64,000 nt of DNA from an uncultured Solirubrobacterales bacterium (GTDB taxonomy: Bacteria > Actinomycetota > Thermoleophilia > Solirubrobacterales > 70-9), in NCBI GenBank assembly GCA_963817065.1, contig CAWFMO010000002.1, forward strand, positions 559,745-623,744. The letters run 5' to 3'. The notes under the pieces are model-generated. The model was not told where the DNA came from and searched no databases. It worked only from the letters and a program-made list of their open reading frames with translations. Numbering within the stretch: position 1 is the stretch's first letter; each line of letters starts with the position of its first letter. The position numbers and the translations under genes are program-made. This document shows, piece by piece, positions 7,601 through 16,788 of this stretch.

Positions 7601-9377
7601 CGTCGGGCGCAACGTCGATCGTCGCCGACGGCGCCGCGGTGTCGATGTCCCACGTGTGGGAGTCCTGGCCGGCGTTTCCGGCCGGGTCGGTCGCCCGGAC
7701 GACGAACGTGTGCGGCCCGTCGCCGAGGCCGGAGAGGTCGTGCGAGGTCGAGGAGTCGCAGGGGTCGAAGCTGCCGCCGTCGATCTGACACTCGATGGTG
7801 GCGGTGTTGTCGTCGACCGTGAACTCGAAGTGGGGGTTGGTGTTGTTGCTGACCGCCGGCGGGCTGACGGTGATGTCGACGACCGGATCGATGAGGTCGA
7901 CGGTCCAGGTGTAGGAGTCGGCCGGGCCGGTGTTGCCGACCTCGTCGGTCGCCCGGACCTCGAACGTGTGCGAGCCATCGGTGACCGGGAAGGCGTCGCC
8001 CGACACGCAGGCCGCGAAGGGGTCGGTGTCGAGTCGGCATTCGAAGGTCGAGTCGGGGTCCTCGTTCGAGGAGAAGGTGAATACGGGTGCCGGATCGTTG
8101 GAGGGGTCGGACGGGAAGGTGTCGATGCTCGCGATCGGCTCGATCGTGTCGATCGTGAACGTCCGGCTCGCGGGCGTCGGGTCCTCGTTGCCGGCGACGT
8201 CGATCGCCTTGACGGTGAACGTATGGCTGCCGTCGGCGAGCGCGCCGGTGTTGAAAGTGCCGCTGTTGCAGGGCGCGAACGGGCCGTCGAGGCTGCACTG
8301 GAGGGTCGAGTTGGCCTCGGTCGAGTGGAAAGTGAAGGCCGCGCTGTCGTCCGGGATAGTCGAGCCGTCCGCGGGACCGGTGTCGATCACAGTGTCCGGC
8401 GGGGTGTTGTCGGTCTGCCAGCTCGGGTTGATGTCGGTCGCGGTGTTGTTCGTGAGCGCGGTGGTCGCGCCGCCCCCTGACGGGATCCGGTGGATCTCCT
8501 GGTCCGCGCCCGCGCCGAGGTTGGTGTTGAAAGCGATCGCGGCGCCGTTCGGCGACCAGGAGGGGTTCTGGTCGGTCGCCGTGTTGGTGGTGAGCTGCGT
8601 CTGCGACCCGCCGGCGGCGGTCATCGAGAAGATCTCGGCGTCACCGTCGCGGTTGCTGTCGAAGGCGATCTGGGTGTTGTCGGGGGACCAGCTCGGGCGG
8701 CCGTCGTTGGCGGCGTTGTTGCTGAGGTTGTTCTGACCGGAGCCGTTCGAATTCATCACGAAGACTTCGTTGTTGGTGTTGAAGCGCTGGAAGGCGATCT
8801 TGGTCCCGTCCGGCGACCAATCGGGGTTGAAGTCCGAGTCGTTGAGGCCGGTGTTGGTGAGGTTGGTGAGTGAGCCGCCGGCGGCGGTCATGCTCCAGAT
8901 CTCGTTGTCGCCGTCGCGTGAGCTGCGGAACGCGATCGAGGCCCCGCTCGGAGACCAGGCGGGGTCGCGGTCGTCACCGGTCGCGCCGGCGCCGGTCGTC
9001 GTCAGCTGGGTCAAGCCTGTGCCGTCGATGTTCATCGTGAAGATCTCGTTGTTGCTGGCGGCGACGGTCCGCGTGAACGCGACCTTGGTCCCGTCCGGCG
9101 AGACGGCGGGATCGAAATCGGGGACCGCGTTGTTGGTCAGCCGGACGGGATTGGTGCCCGTCGGAGTGATCTTGTAGATCTCCTCGTTGCCGTCGCGATT
9201 GCTGCTGAAGACGATCAACCCGTTCCCACCCGGGACGGTTGCGCTGCCGGCGGAGGCGAAGATCGCGACACCGAGGGTCGCGAGGCCGCCCGCGAGGACG
9301 GCGAAACGACGACGAGGCGAGCGCGCGGCGCCCTGCACCAGCGGTCCTCCCTGGTCGGTGGCGCTCTTGCTGGTCAT
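4677..9377 (-). CDS. Giant secreted protein: TolB-like PD40 propeller + 14 tandem two-Cys Ig-like repeats + Cys/poly-Lys C-terminal tail
   Basis: - ATG at 9375-9377 overlaps the upstream stop (ATGA).
- N-terminus MTSKSATDQGGPLVQGAARSPRRRFAVLAGGLATLGVAIFASAGSA (RR-type signal).
- WSPDGTKIAF-type propeller blades.
- 14 repeats of about 85 aa with FxFSS..FEC.LD....C......L.DG.HTF.V.A.D.AGN.
- Ends AQKCRKGFKLKKVKGKKKKKCVRKKKKK. Confidence 0.9.
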   Translation of the reverse strand: MTSKSATDQGGPLVQGAARSPRRRFAVLAGGLATLGVAIFASAGSATVPGGNGLIVFSSNRDGNEEIYKITPTGTNPVRLTNNAVPDFDPAVSPDGTKVAFTRTVAASNNEIFTMNIDGTGLTQLTTTGAGATGDDRDPAWSPSGASIAFRSSRDGDNEIWSMTAAGGSLTNLTNTGLNDSDFNPDWSPDGTKIAFQRFNTNNEVFVMNSNGSGQNNLSNNAANDGRPSWSPDNTQIAFDSNRDGDAEIFSMTAAGGSQTQLTTNTATDQNPSWSPNGAAIAFNTNLGAGADQEIHRIPSGGGATTALTNNTATDINPSWQTDNTPPDTVIDTGPADGSTIPDDSAAFTFHSTEANSTLQCSLDGPFAPCNSGTFNTGALADGSHTFTVKAIDVAGNEDPTPASRTFTIDTIEPIASIDTFPSDPSNDPAPVFTFSSNEDPDSTFECRLDTDPFAACVSGDAFPVTDGSHTFEVRATDEVGNTGPADSYTWTVDLIDPVVDITVSPPAVSNNTNPHFEFTVDDNTATIECQIDGGSFDPCDSSTSHDLSGLGDGPHTFVVRATDPAGNAGQDSHTWDIDTAAPSATIDVAPDDPSNDTTPEFQFSSVDLDVDRFECSLDGGLFDTCSSPFEVTPALGEGPHTFDVRAVDVAGNTGPLASHSWNVDLTAPIATIDPPTPTDPSNDTDPEFFFSSNDPSATFECSLDTDPFLNCVSGDTFPVTGEGDHTFEVRAIDGPGNVGAADSFTWELDTTFPVVDITDAPDDPTASDDAHFEFTASDLNLESVECSLDLGAFVACDSFSSQDYTDLGDGSHTFVVTGNDTAGNVGADSHTWTVDTTGSEIEFTDAPDDPTNSNDPHFEFTVGDAVAVTCQLDAETPIDPCASPQDFTDVADGDHTFTVTAFDALGNESSLSHEWTIDTAAPETTIDPPTPTDPSNDTDPEFFFSSDKANSTFECRLDADPFAACVSGDSFPVTDGSRTFEVQATDALGNVDPTPASFTWTVETGAPTVTIDDQPTDPSADTTPEFEFSSPDGDVDRFECQIDAGDFELCSSPHEVTPELADGEHTFTVRVYDEAGNFGEDSFTWIVEAATPEVVITDGPDDPTNSLDAHFEFTVDDPSADVECSLDGEAFASCDSPEDRTVVGEGPHTFTVRATDDAANTGSDTHEWDVDQTAPVATIDPPTPTDPSSDTAPEFTFSSDEDPNATFECRLDTDPFAACDPGDTFPVTGDGSHTFEVQATDAAGNTGPADAFTWALDTTGADIEITAAPDDPTNSTNAHFEFTIGDAIPATVTCQLDGETPINPCTSPQDFTGLGDADHTFTVSGEDALGNDSSDTHTWTVDLDAPPVTINSAPGDPDDDQTPEFTFSSPAGDVDHFECKVDLDPAVPCTDPFTVATALSEGPHEFTVFAIDEAGNVGTDEHEWNVDTTAPVVTITAQPPASTTETSASFAFTVDDALATVECQLDGAAFAACDSNTAHAYTGLSVGPHVFIVRGTDELDRESSDTYSWLITSPAGQTPGTTPPVTNPPGTGSGTGTAQKCRKGFKLKKVKGKKKKKCVRKKKKK
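4836..8402 (-). repeat. 14 tandem ~255-bp coding repeats (Ig-like two-Cys module, four shuffled subtypes)
   Basis: Protein-level periodicity read directly from the 1587-aa ORF. For example, IDPPTPTDPSNDTDPEFFFSS recurs three times, and the DITxxPxDP..HFEFT and VDRFEC subtypes alternate. Confidence 0.85.
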
Positions 9378-12300
9378 CGTTTCCTGCCCTTGCGTTTGCA
9401 CTTTTTCTTCTTCTTCCCTTTCTTCTTCTTCGCCTTGCACTTCTTTGCAGGCGTGGTGGTGGGTGGCGTCAGTTGTGCGCCCTGCTGTTGTGCCGGGGGC
9501 GGCAAAACGCCGATCCCGACGCTGTCGGAAGCCGTGTTGTTGGCGAGGTCGCCGTCGGAGCTGGTCGAGGCCGTGGCCGTGTTCTCGACGGTCTGGCCCG
9601 CCGCGCCCGCCGCGGCGCTGACGTTGAGGACGATGTCAGCCGCCTGCTCGCCCGCGTGCAGGTGGTCGTCGCTCGTGCAGGTGACGGTGCCGCCGGCGTG
9701 CGAGCACGCCCAGCCCGTGCCCGAGGCGCTGACGAAGCTGAGCCCGGAGGGCAGCGCGTCGGTGACCGTCACCGGGTCGATGCCGTCGGCGTTGCCGACG
9801 TTCTCGACCGAGATCAGGAAGGCGCCCGCGCCGCCCGGGGCGAAGCTCGCCGGCGCGTGCGACATCGCGACCGCGAGATCGATCATCTCGACGTCGGTGG
9901 TCGCCGAGTCCGTGTCGTTCGCGGCGTTGCCGTCGCCGGGCGCCGAGATCTCGACCCCGGTGGTGACGCTCGGGACCGCGGTGCTCGCGACCACGACCTC
10001 GATGCCGACGTCGCTGCGCGTCTCGGCCTCGAGGCCGTCCGCGTGGGTGCAGGTCACAACGGCGCCTGCCGCGGAGCAGGACCAGCCGTTGCCTTCGTAG
10101 TCGGTGAACGTGAGCCCGGCCGGGAGCGTGACCTCGGCGCTGATCGGGCCGCTGAGGTCATCGGCGCCGTCGTTGCGGACCGCGACGGTGTAGGTCGCGT
10201 TGGTGCCGACCCTGAACTTGTCGTCAGGGGGATCGGGGACCCGCGGGCGGATCGAGACCGCGGCGTCGAGCGACGGGCTGATGTTCGCCGAGTCGGTGTC
10301 GGAGTCGTTCGAGCCGTCGGCGTCGTCGCGGGTCGAGACCGAGGCGGTGTTGTCGATCGTCGCCGGAGCGTCGTTGTCGACGACCACGTCGAGGGTGATC
10401 GGCGCCGCCGCTCCGCCGGCCGCGATCGGGCCCGCGTGGTCGCAGCTCACGGTCCCGGAGGAGATCGAGCAGCTCCAGCCGGCTCCCGTGGCGCCCGCGT
10501 AGGTGAGTTCGGTCGGGAGCGCGTCGCTGACGTGCGCCGGGCCGTCGCTGTCGAGATCGCCGACGTTGGAGACGTCGATCGTGTAGCTGCCCTCGCCGCC
10601 GCGCTCGGGCTGTTCGGTGTGGCTCTTGTCGATCGCGAGGTCGATCCGGCCGACGTCGGCGGTGTCGTCGTCGCTGTTGTCGGCGGTGTTCGGGTCCTCG
10701 GGGATCTCGACGCTCGCCTCGTTGGTGATCTCGGAGGCCGCGTCGGATGCGACGTCGGCGAGCAGCTCGAGCGTCTGGGCGCCGTCGCCGGCCGCGATCG
10801 CACCGGCGTGCTCGCAGGTGACCACCTGGCCGAGCGCCGAGCAGGACCATTCGCTGCCGTTGGCGCCGGCGAACGTCAACCCGTCGGGGAGCTCGTCGGT
10901 GACGACGGCGGGAGCGCCGGTGTCCGCGTCGCCGACGTTGGAGACGTCGATCTCATAGCTCGCCTCGCCGCCGACGTGGAAGCTGCCCGAGCTCGTCTTC
11001 GAGAGCGCGAGGTCGTTGGCGTGGACGACGGTCGGATCGGAGGCGGTGTCGTTGGCGTCGTTGCCGTCCTCCTGGTTCGAGACCGTCGCGACGTTGGTCA
11101 CGCCAGGGTAGGCGTCGGCCCCGACCAGGACCTGGAGAGTTATCGGGGGCGCCGAGTCGCCGTCGGCGATCGCCGCCGCGCGGTCGCACGTGACCTCCTC
11201 GCCGTCCAGGGAGCAGGTCCAGCCCGAGCCGGTCGCGTTCACGTAGTCGAGCCCGTCGGGGAGCGTGTCGGTGACGGTCGTCGTGCCGACGGTCGGCCCG
11301 GAGCCGATGTTGTTGACCCGCAGGATGTAGGCGCGGGTGTTGCCGGCGCGGAAGTCGCTGCTGTGGGTCTTGACCAGCTCGAGGTCGGTCGAGGTCAGCG
11401 CGGTCGGATCGGAGTCGGAGTCGTTGGCCCCGTTGACGTCGTCGGCGCCGCTGACGGTGGCGCTGTTGGTGATCTCCTCCTCCTCGGTGAGCCCGACGTC
11501 GACGGTCAGCGTGATCACGGGCGCGGTCTGGCCCGCGGCGACCGCTCCTCCGCGTGTGCAGGTGACGTCCTGGCCGGCCGCGCCGCAGCTCCAGCCGGTA
11601 CCGGTGGCGCTGACGAAGGTCAGCTCGGGCGGCAGCGTGTCGGTGACGGTGGTCGTGCCGACCGTCGCGGCGTCGCCCTCGTTCGTGACCGCGAGCGTGT
11701 AGACGCCCTCCTGGCCGATGCCGAAGCCGCCGGCGTGGCTCTTGTCGATCGTGAGGTCGGTCGCCGTGACCGTCGTCGGGTCGTCGTCGGAGTCGTTGGC
11801 GGGGTTCAGGTCCTCGTCGTCACCGGTTCCGGCGCTATCCACGTTCGCGGTGTTGGTGACCGAGGGAAGCGCCGAGGCGTCGACGTCGACCGAGATCGAG
11901 ATCGGGGCCGCGTCCTCGTTCGGGTCGAGGGTCTCGTCGCTCGTGCAGGTCACGTCCTGGCCGAGGACGTTGCAGATCCAGTCGGTCCCCGAGGCGTTGG
12001 TCGGGGTGAGCCCGGCGGGAAGCGTGTCGGTGACGGTGGTCGTGCCGGCGCTCGCGCGAGCGCCGTCGTTGGTTACCGCGAGCGTGTAGGCGCCCGGGGA
12101 GCCGACGCGGAAGTCTCCGGCGTGGCTCTTGTCGATCGCGAGGTCGGGGGTCGCCGTGACCGAGGTCGGGTCGCTCGAGCTGTCGTTGGCCGCGTTCGGG
12201 TCGAGCGCGGTCGAGACCGAGGCCGTGTTGATCACCGATGGGACGGCGGCGACGCCAACCGATACCGGGATCTCGATCGTCGCGCTTTCGGCGGGAGCGA

Positions 12301-13858
12301 TCCCCGCCGCGTGGGTGCAATCGACGTCCTGGCCGGCGGTGGTGCAGTCCCAGCCGCCCGGCTCGGTCGCGTCGGAGGGCGTGAGCCCCGCGGGCAGCGT
12401 GTCGTGGATCGTCGCCGCGCCGGTCGTCGCGGCCGTGCCGGCGTTCGAGACCTCGAGCGAGTAGGTCCCGGTGCCGCCGACCAGGAACGCGCCGGTGTGG
12501 CTCTTCGAGATCGCGAGGTCGGCCGCGTCGACGGTCGTCGGGTCGGATGAGGAGTTGTTCGGAGCCGCGCTGTCGCCGGCGGTGGCGACCGTCGCGGTGT
12601 TGGTCACCGAGGGCCACGCGGCCGCGCCGACGTTCGTGTTCACGGTGATGCTCGGGACCCCGGCTCCGCCGAGGATCCCCAGCGGGCGGGTGCAGGTGAC
12701 GGTCTGCGAGACCGCGCCGCAGCTCCACCCCGTGCCGGTGGCGCTGACGAAGCTGAGCCCGGTCGGCAGCGTGTCGGTGACGGTCGTCGTCCCGGTCGTC
12801 GCACCGGTGCCGACGTTGGAAACCGCGAGGTTGTAGCTGCCCGGGGATCCGACCGCGAAGTTGCCCGTGTGGCTCTTGGTGATCGCCAGATCGGGCGGCA
12901 ACGGGGCGCCGACGGTCACCGTGCGTGTGGTCTTGTCGGAGTCCAGGTCGTTGTCGAACACCGTCATCCCGACGGTGTGGGTGCCGGGGGTCGCGAAGAT
13001 GTGGTTGACCGACGCGGTGTTGGTGACCTCGTCGATCGTGCCGTTGTTGTCGTAGTCCCAGCGGTAGCCGCAGTTCGCCGTCGTCGGCAGCGCCGGGACG
13101 CAGGTCTTGACTCCGGCGGGCACGAACGAGCCCGAGCCGTTGAGCGCCACGTTAAGAGGGGCCGGGCCGTTGTTCGGCGTGGCCGTGAACGACGCGTTGA
13201 CGCCCTTGGTCAGGATCGGGCTGAAATCGGCCCTGAGGATCGCGTGGTTGCTACCCGAGCCAGACGGAATCCCGACCGCGTCGTTGACCTGATTTCCAAT
13301 GATCGTGCTGCATTCGCTCGTCCCCGGTACCGAGAAGGTGTGATTGGCGAGCGTCACCTCGCCGTTCGCAGTGCTGTACGGGACGCCGTTGGCGACGCCC
13401 GTCGTCGCCTGGTTGATGTCGATCGGTGAGCCGGCGGAGCCGATCCGGCAGCCGCCGTTGAACGGCACGCCATCGATCTTGATCCAGACACGCAGGCGAA
13501 CCGAAGCCGCGCCGGTCAGAGGGTCGATCGTCCCCTTGACGTTCGAGGCATTGCTCGGGTCCCCGACCACGTTGATGTGGATCGTGATGTCGATCCCGCT
13601 GACCGTTATCGGGATGTCGGGGAAGTCGAACTGGCTTACGGGGATCAGCAGGTTGCCCTGCCCGTCGACCGTGCCACTGAACGTGATGTCCTCGTCGGGG
13701 TCGGAGTCATCGAAGTCGAAGCTTTGGGAGCCGACCTCGAGGTGGCCGTCCTTGACCACGGCGCTGAACGCCCCCGGGTTGCCGACCTTGCGCGCCGCGG
13801 CGTCGCCCGCCGGGATCAGCAGCGCCGCCAGCATCCCCGCCAATAGAAGCTTCTTCAC
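9374..13858 (-). CDS. Giant secreted protein: unknown N-domain + PKD-like domain + 9 DUF11 repeats + Cys/poly-Lys tail
   Basis: - GTG at 13856-13858 overlaps the upstream stop (GTGA).
- Signal peptide VKKLLLAGMLAALLIPAGDAAA.
- PKD-like segment FTATPNNGPAPLNVALNGSGS...YRWDYDNNGTID...HIFATPGTHTVGMTVFDNDLDSD.
- Nine repeats starting DLAI(T/S/D)KSH.G.F.VG..G.Y.L.V.N.G (DUF11 / conserved repeat domain).
- Ends PAKKCKAKKKKGKKKKKCKRKGRKR. Confidence 0.9.
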   Translation of the reverse strand: MKKLLLAGMLAALLIPAGDAAARKVGNPGAFSAVVKDGHLEVGSQSFDFDDSDPDEDITFSGTVDGQGNLLIPVSQFDFPDIPITVSGIDITIHINVVGDPSNASNVKGTIDPLTGAASVRLRVWIKIDGVPFNGGCRIGSAGSPIDINQATTGVANGVPYSTANGEVTLANHTFSVPGTSECSTIIGNQVNDAVGIPSGSGSNHAILRADFSPILTKGVNASFTATPNNGPAPLNVALNGSGSFVPAGVKTCVPALPTTANCGYRWDYDNNGTIDEVTNTASVNHIFATPGTHTVGMTVFDNDLDSDKTTRTVTVGAPLPPDLAITKSHTGNFAVGSPGSYNLAVSNVGTGATTGTTTVTDTLPTGLSFVSATGTGWSCGAVSQTVTCTRPLGILGGAGVPSITVNTNVGAAAWPSVTNTATVATAGDSAAPNNSSSDPTTVDAADLAISKSHTGAFLVGGTGTYSLEVSNAGTAATTGAATIHDTLPAGLTPSDATEPGGWDCTTAGQDVDCTHAAGIAPAESATIEIPVSVGVAAVPSVINTASVSTALDPNAANDSSSDPTSVTATPDLAIDKSHAGDFRVGSPGAYTLAVTNDGARASAGTTTVTDTLPAGLTPTNASGTDWICNVLGQDVTCTSDETLDPNEDAAPISISVDVDASALPSVTNTANVDSAGTGDDEDLNPANDSDDDPTTVTATDLTIDKSHAGGFGIGQEGVYTLAVTNEGDAATVGTTTVTDTLPPELTFVSATGTGWSCGAAGQDVTCTRGGAVAAGQTAPVITLTVDVGLTEEEEITNSATVSGADDVNGANDSDSDPTALTSTDLELVKTHSSDFRAGNTRAYILRVNNIGSGPTVGTTTVTDTLPDGLDYVNATGSGWTCSLDGEEVTCDRAAAIADGDSAPPITLQVLVGADAYPGVTNVATVSNQEDGNDANDTASDPTVVHANDLALSKTSSGSFHVGGEASYEIDVSNVGDADTGAPAVVTDELPDGLTFAGANGSEWSCSALGQVVTCEHAGAIAAGDGAQTLELLADVASDAASEITNEASVEIPEDPNTADNSDDDTADVGRIDLAIDKSHTEQPERGGEGSYTIDVSNVGDLDSDGPAHVSDALPTELTYAGATGAGWSCSISSGTVSCDHAGPIAAGGAAAPITLDVVVDNDAPATIDNTASVSTRDDADGSNDSDTDSANISPSLDAAVSIRPRVPDPPDDKFRVGTNATYTVAVRNDGADDLSGPISAEVTLPAGLTFTDYEGNGWSCSAAGAVVTCTHADGLEAETRSDVGIEVVVASTAVPSVTTGVEISAPGDGNAANDTDSATTDVEMIDLAVAMSHAPASFAPGGAGAFLISVENVGNADGIDPVTVTDALPSGLSFVSASGTGWACSHAGGTVTCTSDDHLHAGEQAADIVLNVSAAAGAAGQTVENTATASTSSDGDLANNTASDSVGIGVLPPPAQQQGAQLTPPTTTPAKKCKAKKKKGKKKKKCKRKGRKR
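9509..12892 (-). repeat. Nine tandem DUF11-type coding repeats (~375 bp each)
   Basis: The motif DL(A/T)IxKSHxGxFxVGxxGxYxLxVxNxG...TDTLPxGLTxxxAxGxGWxC...VTCT recurs nine times in the ORF translation. Confidence 0.8.
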
Positions 13859-16788
13859 TTGCCGCCCCGCTTGCGCTTGCATTTGCCCTTGCGCTTGCCC
13901 TTGCACTTCTTCGGGCCCGAGCCGCCGGATCCGCGCGGAGCCGCCTGCGCGGAGAGCGACTCGGGGAACTCGAGCCCCGAGTCGATCGTCCAGGTCGCCG
14001 ACGCGGGCGTCGGATCGAAGTTGCCGGCGAGGTCGAGCGCGCGGACCTCGAAGGTGTGGGTGCCGTCGAGCAGGCCGCCGTAGCTAGCCGGCGAGGCGCA
14101 GGCCGCGAAATCGCCCTCGTCGACGGAGTCGAGCCTGCACTCGAACGTCGCGAGCTCGTTCGAGGAGAACTCGAAGTCGGCGTTCGGGCTGGGCGACGGG
14201 TTGGGCGGGGTCGAATCGATTCCGGTCTCCGGGACGGTCAAGTCGATCAGCCAGGTGTGCGAGGCGGGCGTCGCGTCGACGTTGCCGCCGATGTCGATCG
14301 ACCTGACCTCGAAGGTGTGCTCGCCTTCGCCGAGCCCCGAGTACCCGTGCGGCGAGGCGCATGGCAGGAAATCGACCTCGTCGGCCGAGTCGAGCCGGCA
14401 CTCGAACGTGCCGAGCTCGTTCGAGGAGAACTCGAAATCGGGATTGACGTTCGAGGAGGGATTCGAGGGAGTCGAGTCGATGCTGGTCTCTCCGGAGAGC
14501 CCGTCGATCGTCCACTCGAACGAGGCGGGGGTCTCGTCCGCGTTGCCCGCCAGGTCCAGTGCCCTGACGTCGAGGGTGTGCTCGCCCGGGGCGAGATCCT
14601 CGAACTCGGAATGCTCGGCGCAGGGATCGAAGTCGCCGGGCGCCGTGGAGTCGAGGCGGCACTCGTATCCGCCGAGCTCGTTCGAGGCGAAGTCGAACTC
14701 GGCGTCGGGGTTCGAGGTCGGGTTGGCCGGCGTCGACTCGATCGCGGTCTGGGGATCGGTCGCGTCGCTGCGCCAGGTGATGCTGTCGACCCCGCTCGCG
14801 TTCCCGGCCGCGTCGGTCGCCTTGACCTCGAAGGTGTGGACGTCGTCGGCGAGCACCGGGGTCACGTAGGGCGAGCTGCAGGGGTCGAAGCCATCGCCGT
14901 CGAGCTGGCACTGGAAGCTCACCGGCGAGGTGACCGGCGTCTCGGTGTTCGAGAAGTCGATCTCCGGCGTCGTGTCGTTGGAGGGGTCGGGCGGCCCGGC
15001 GTCGACGCCGGCGCTCGGGGCGACGGTGTCGACGGTGAACGAGGTCGTGTCGGGCGAGGCGTCCTCGACGCCGCCCGCGGCGGCCTTGACCTGAACGGTG
15101 TGCGCGCCGTCGGCGAGCCCCGGGAAGGTCTGCGGCGAGTTGCAGCTCGTGAACGATCCGCCGTCGAGCTTGCACTGGAAGTTCGTCGCGACCGCGGTCG
15201 CGTTGCTGTTGAAGGCGACGTCCGGGCTCGCGTCGTTGGTGAACGCCGGCGGCTCGTCGGTGATCGTGGTGCCGGGGCGGACGTTCAACGAGACGGTGTC
15301 ATCGTCGGTGCGGCCGAAGCCGTCGTTGGCGGTGACGCTGAAGGAGTCGGTTCCGGCGAATCCGGCCGCCGGGGTGTAGGTCCGGGCGGCGCCGCTGCCG
15401 CCGACCGTGCCGTTCGCCGCGGCGCCGGTGGTCCAGGAGAGCGAGTCGCCGTCGGGGTCGGAGCCTGTGAGCGTCATCGGAGCGTTGGTCGCGCCGGTGT
15501 CGGTGGTCACCGTCTGGCCGTTCGCCGTCGGCGCCGCGTCGACCCGGTACTGGAGCGTCACCGCGCCGCCCGTCCTGCGAATCGGGTCCGCCGCGTCGCC
15601 GGCGCCGTTGTCGGTGACCTTTGCGCGGACGCTGTAGAGACCCGCGGCCTGGGGGCTGCTGTCGACGTTCTGGGTCGTCGTGTTCGCGGGGAGGGTCGAG
15701 CCGTAGCCGGCGATGTCACTCGCCTCGAAGCCGCTGGCGCCGTCGCCGGTGTTGTTGTTCACGTCCCACTCGACGATCTGGGCGCCGCCGCCGTCACCGG
15801 CGTCGGGGTCGACGAGGCCCTGGGCCCTGACCGTCCAGTCCTGGCCGAACTGCGGGCGTACGACGCCGCTCTGCGTGGTGGTCGCGCTGTCGAGGCTGAG
15901 GCTCGGGGCGCCGGCGCTGTTGACGTCTGCGGTTCCGATCGGGACCCAGTAGTTGGGATTCTGGTCCTGGTTGCAGGTGTTGCCGGTGAGAAGCTCGGCC
16001 TCGACCACGAACGCGCCGCGGTCGGGGAAGGTGACGGTCAGCGACTTCGACGCGTTATCGCCGTTGCTCGGACAGGAATCGGTCTCCGCCGACAGGGCGC
16101 CGGTGCGGATGTTTCGGGTCCGCCAGCGGATCCCGTCGAAATCGGAGTTGCCGGTTGTGTCGCTGTCGTCGCCGGTGTAGGTGAAGGTCTTCTGCTCGCC
16201 CGGCTCCAGGGAGGTCGAGTTGACGAAGTTGTTGGTGCCCCAGGTGTAGATGTAGGCGAAGTCCTCGGGGCCCGTGCAGCTTCCGGCGGCGAGGAACTTG
16301 ATCTGCGACGAGCTGGTGCCGCTCGTCTGGTTGCCGGAGTCGCGCGCCGCGATCCGGGCGACGCGGTTGTCGGTGCGCCGCGTGCCGCCGAATCCCGGGA
16401 ACCCGTCGCAGCTCATCCCGGTGTTGCCGGTCGGGAGCTGGTAGGTGACGTTGGAGCGCGAGCGCGGGTAGCCGCCGAAGATGTTGGGACGCGTGGCGCC
16501 GGCGCCGCGGACGGTCGAGACGTCGTTGGTGCCGTCCCAGTCGTCGTCGGTGAGCAGCGAGGCCAGCGTGTTCCCGGTGTCATGGCTGAACCAGCCGGAG
16601 ATCCGGAGCTGGTTCGCGTTGCCGCCCGTGCCCGTCTGGCCGGCGGTCGCGCACGAGATCAGCCAGGACGTCTGGCCGCTGCAGCCGGTGTTTGTATTGA
16701 GGATCGTCGGGTTGGCGGCCGAGGCCGCGGCGGGAATCGCCAGCGCGGCGACCGCGGCGAGCGCGGCGATCAGGCCCGCGCGCCTCAC
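13855..16788 (-). CDS. Secreted protein: Cys-rich unknown N-domain + PKD-like + cadherin/Ig-like + 5 two-Cys Ig-like repeats + Cys/poly-basic tail
   Basis: - GTG at 16786-16788 overlaps the upstream stop (GTGA).
- Signal peptide VRRAGLIAALAAVAALAIPAAASA.
- The N-domain is paralogous to that of the upstream gene.
- Ends GPKKCKGKRKGKCKRKRGGK. Confidence 0.9.
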   Translation of the reverse strand: MRRAGLIAALAAVAALAIPAAASAANPTILNTNTGCSGQTSWLISCATAGQTGTGGNANQLRISGWFSHDTGNTLASLLTDDDWDGTNDVSTVRGAGATRPNIFGGYPRSRSNVTYQLPTGNTGMSCDGFPGFGGTRRTDNRVARIAARDSGNQTSGTSSSQIKFLAAGSCTGPEDFAYIYTWGTNNFVNSTSLEPGEQKTFTYTGDDSDTTGNSDFDGIRWRTRNIRTGALSAETDSCPSNGDNASKSLTVTFPDRGAFVVEAELLTGNTCNQDQNPNYWVPIGTADVNSAGAPSLSLDSATTTQSGVVRPQFGQDWTVRAQGLVDPDAGDGGGAQIVEWDVNNNTGDGASGFEASDIAGYGSTLPANTTTQNVDSSPQAAGLYSVRAKVTDNGAGDAADPIRRTGGAVTLQYRVDAAPTANGQTVTTDTGATNAPMTLTGSDPDGDSLSWTTGAAANGTVGGSGAARTYTPAAGFAGTDSFSVTANDGFGRTDDDTVSLNVRPGTTITDEPPAFTNDASPDVAFNSNATAVATNFQCKLDGGSFTSCNSPQTFPGLADGAHTVQVKAAAGGVEDASPDTTSFTVDTVAPSAGVDAGPPDPSNDTTPEIDFSNTETPVTSPVSFQCQLDGDGFDPCSSPYVTPVLADDVHTFEVKATDAAGNASGVDSITWRSDATDPQTAIESTPANPTSNPDAEFDFASNELGGYECRLDSTAPGDFDPCAEHSEFEDLAPGEHTLDVRALDLAGNADETPASFEWTIDGLSGETSIDSTPSNPSSNVNPDFEFSSNELGTFECRLDSADEVDFLPCASPHGYSGLGEGEHTFEVRSIDIGGNVDATPASHTWLIDLTVPETGIDSTPPNPSPSPNADFEFSSNELATFECRLDSVDEGDFAACASPASYGGLLDGTHTFEVRALDLAGNFDPTPASATWTIDSGLEFPESLSAQAAPRGSGGSGPKKCKGKRKGKCKRKRGGK
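13978..15280 (-). repeat. Five tandem two-Cys Ig-like coding repeats
   Basis: Same repeat family as 4836-8402, for example IDSTPSNPSSNVNPDFEFSSNELGTFECRLDSADEVDFLPCASPHGYSGLGEGEHTFEVRSIDIGGN. The upper boundary is approximate. Confidence 0.75.
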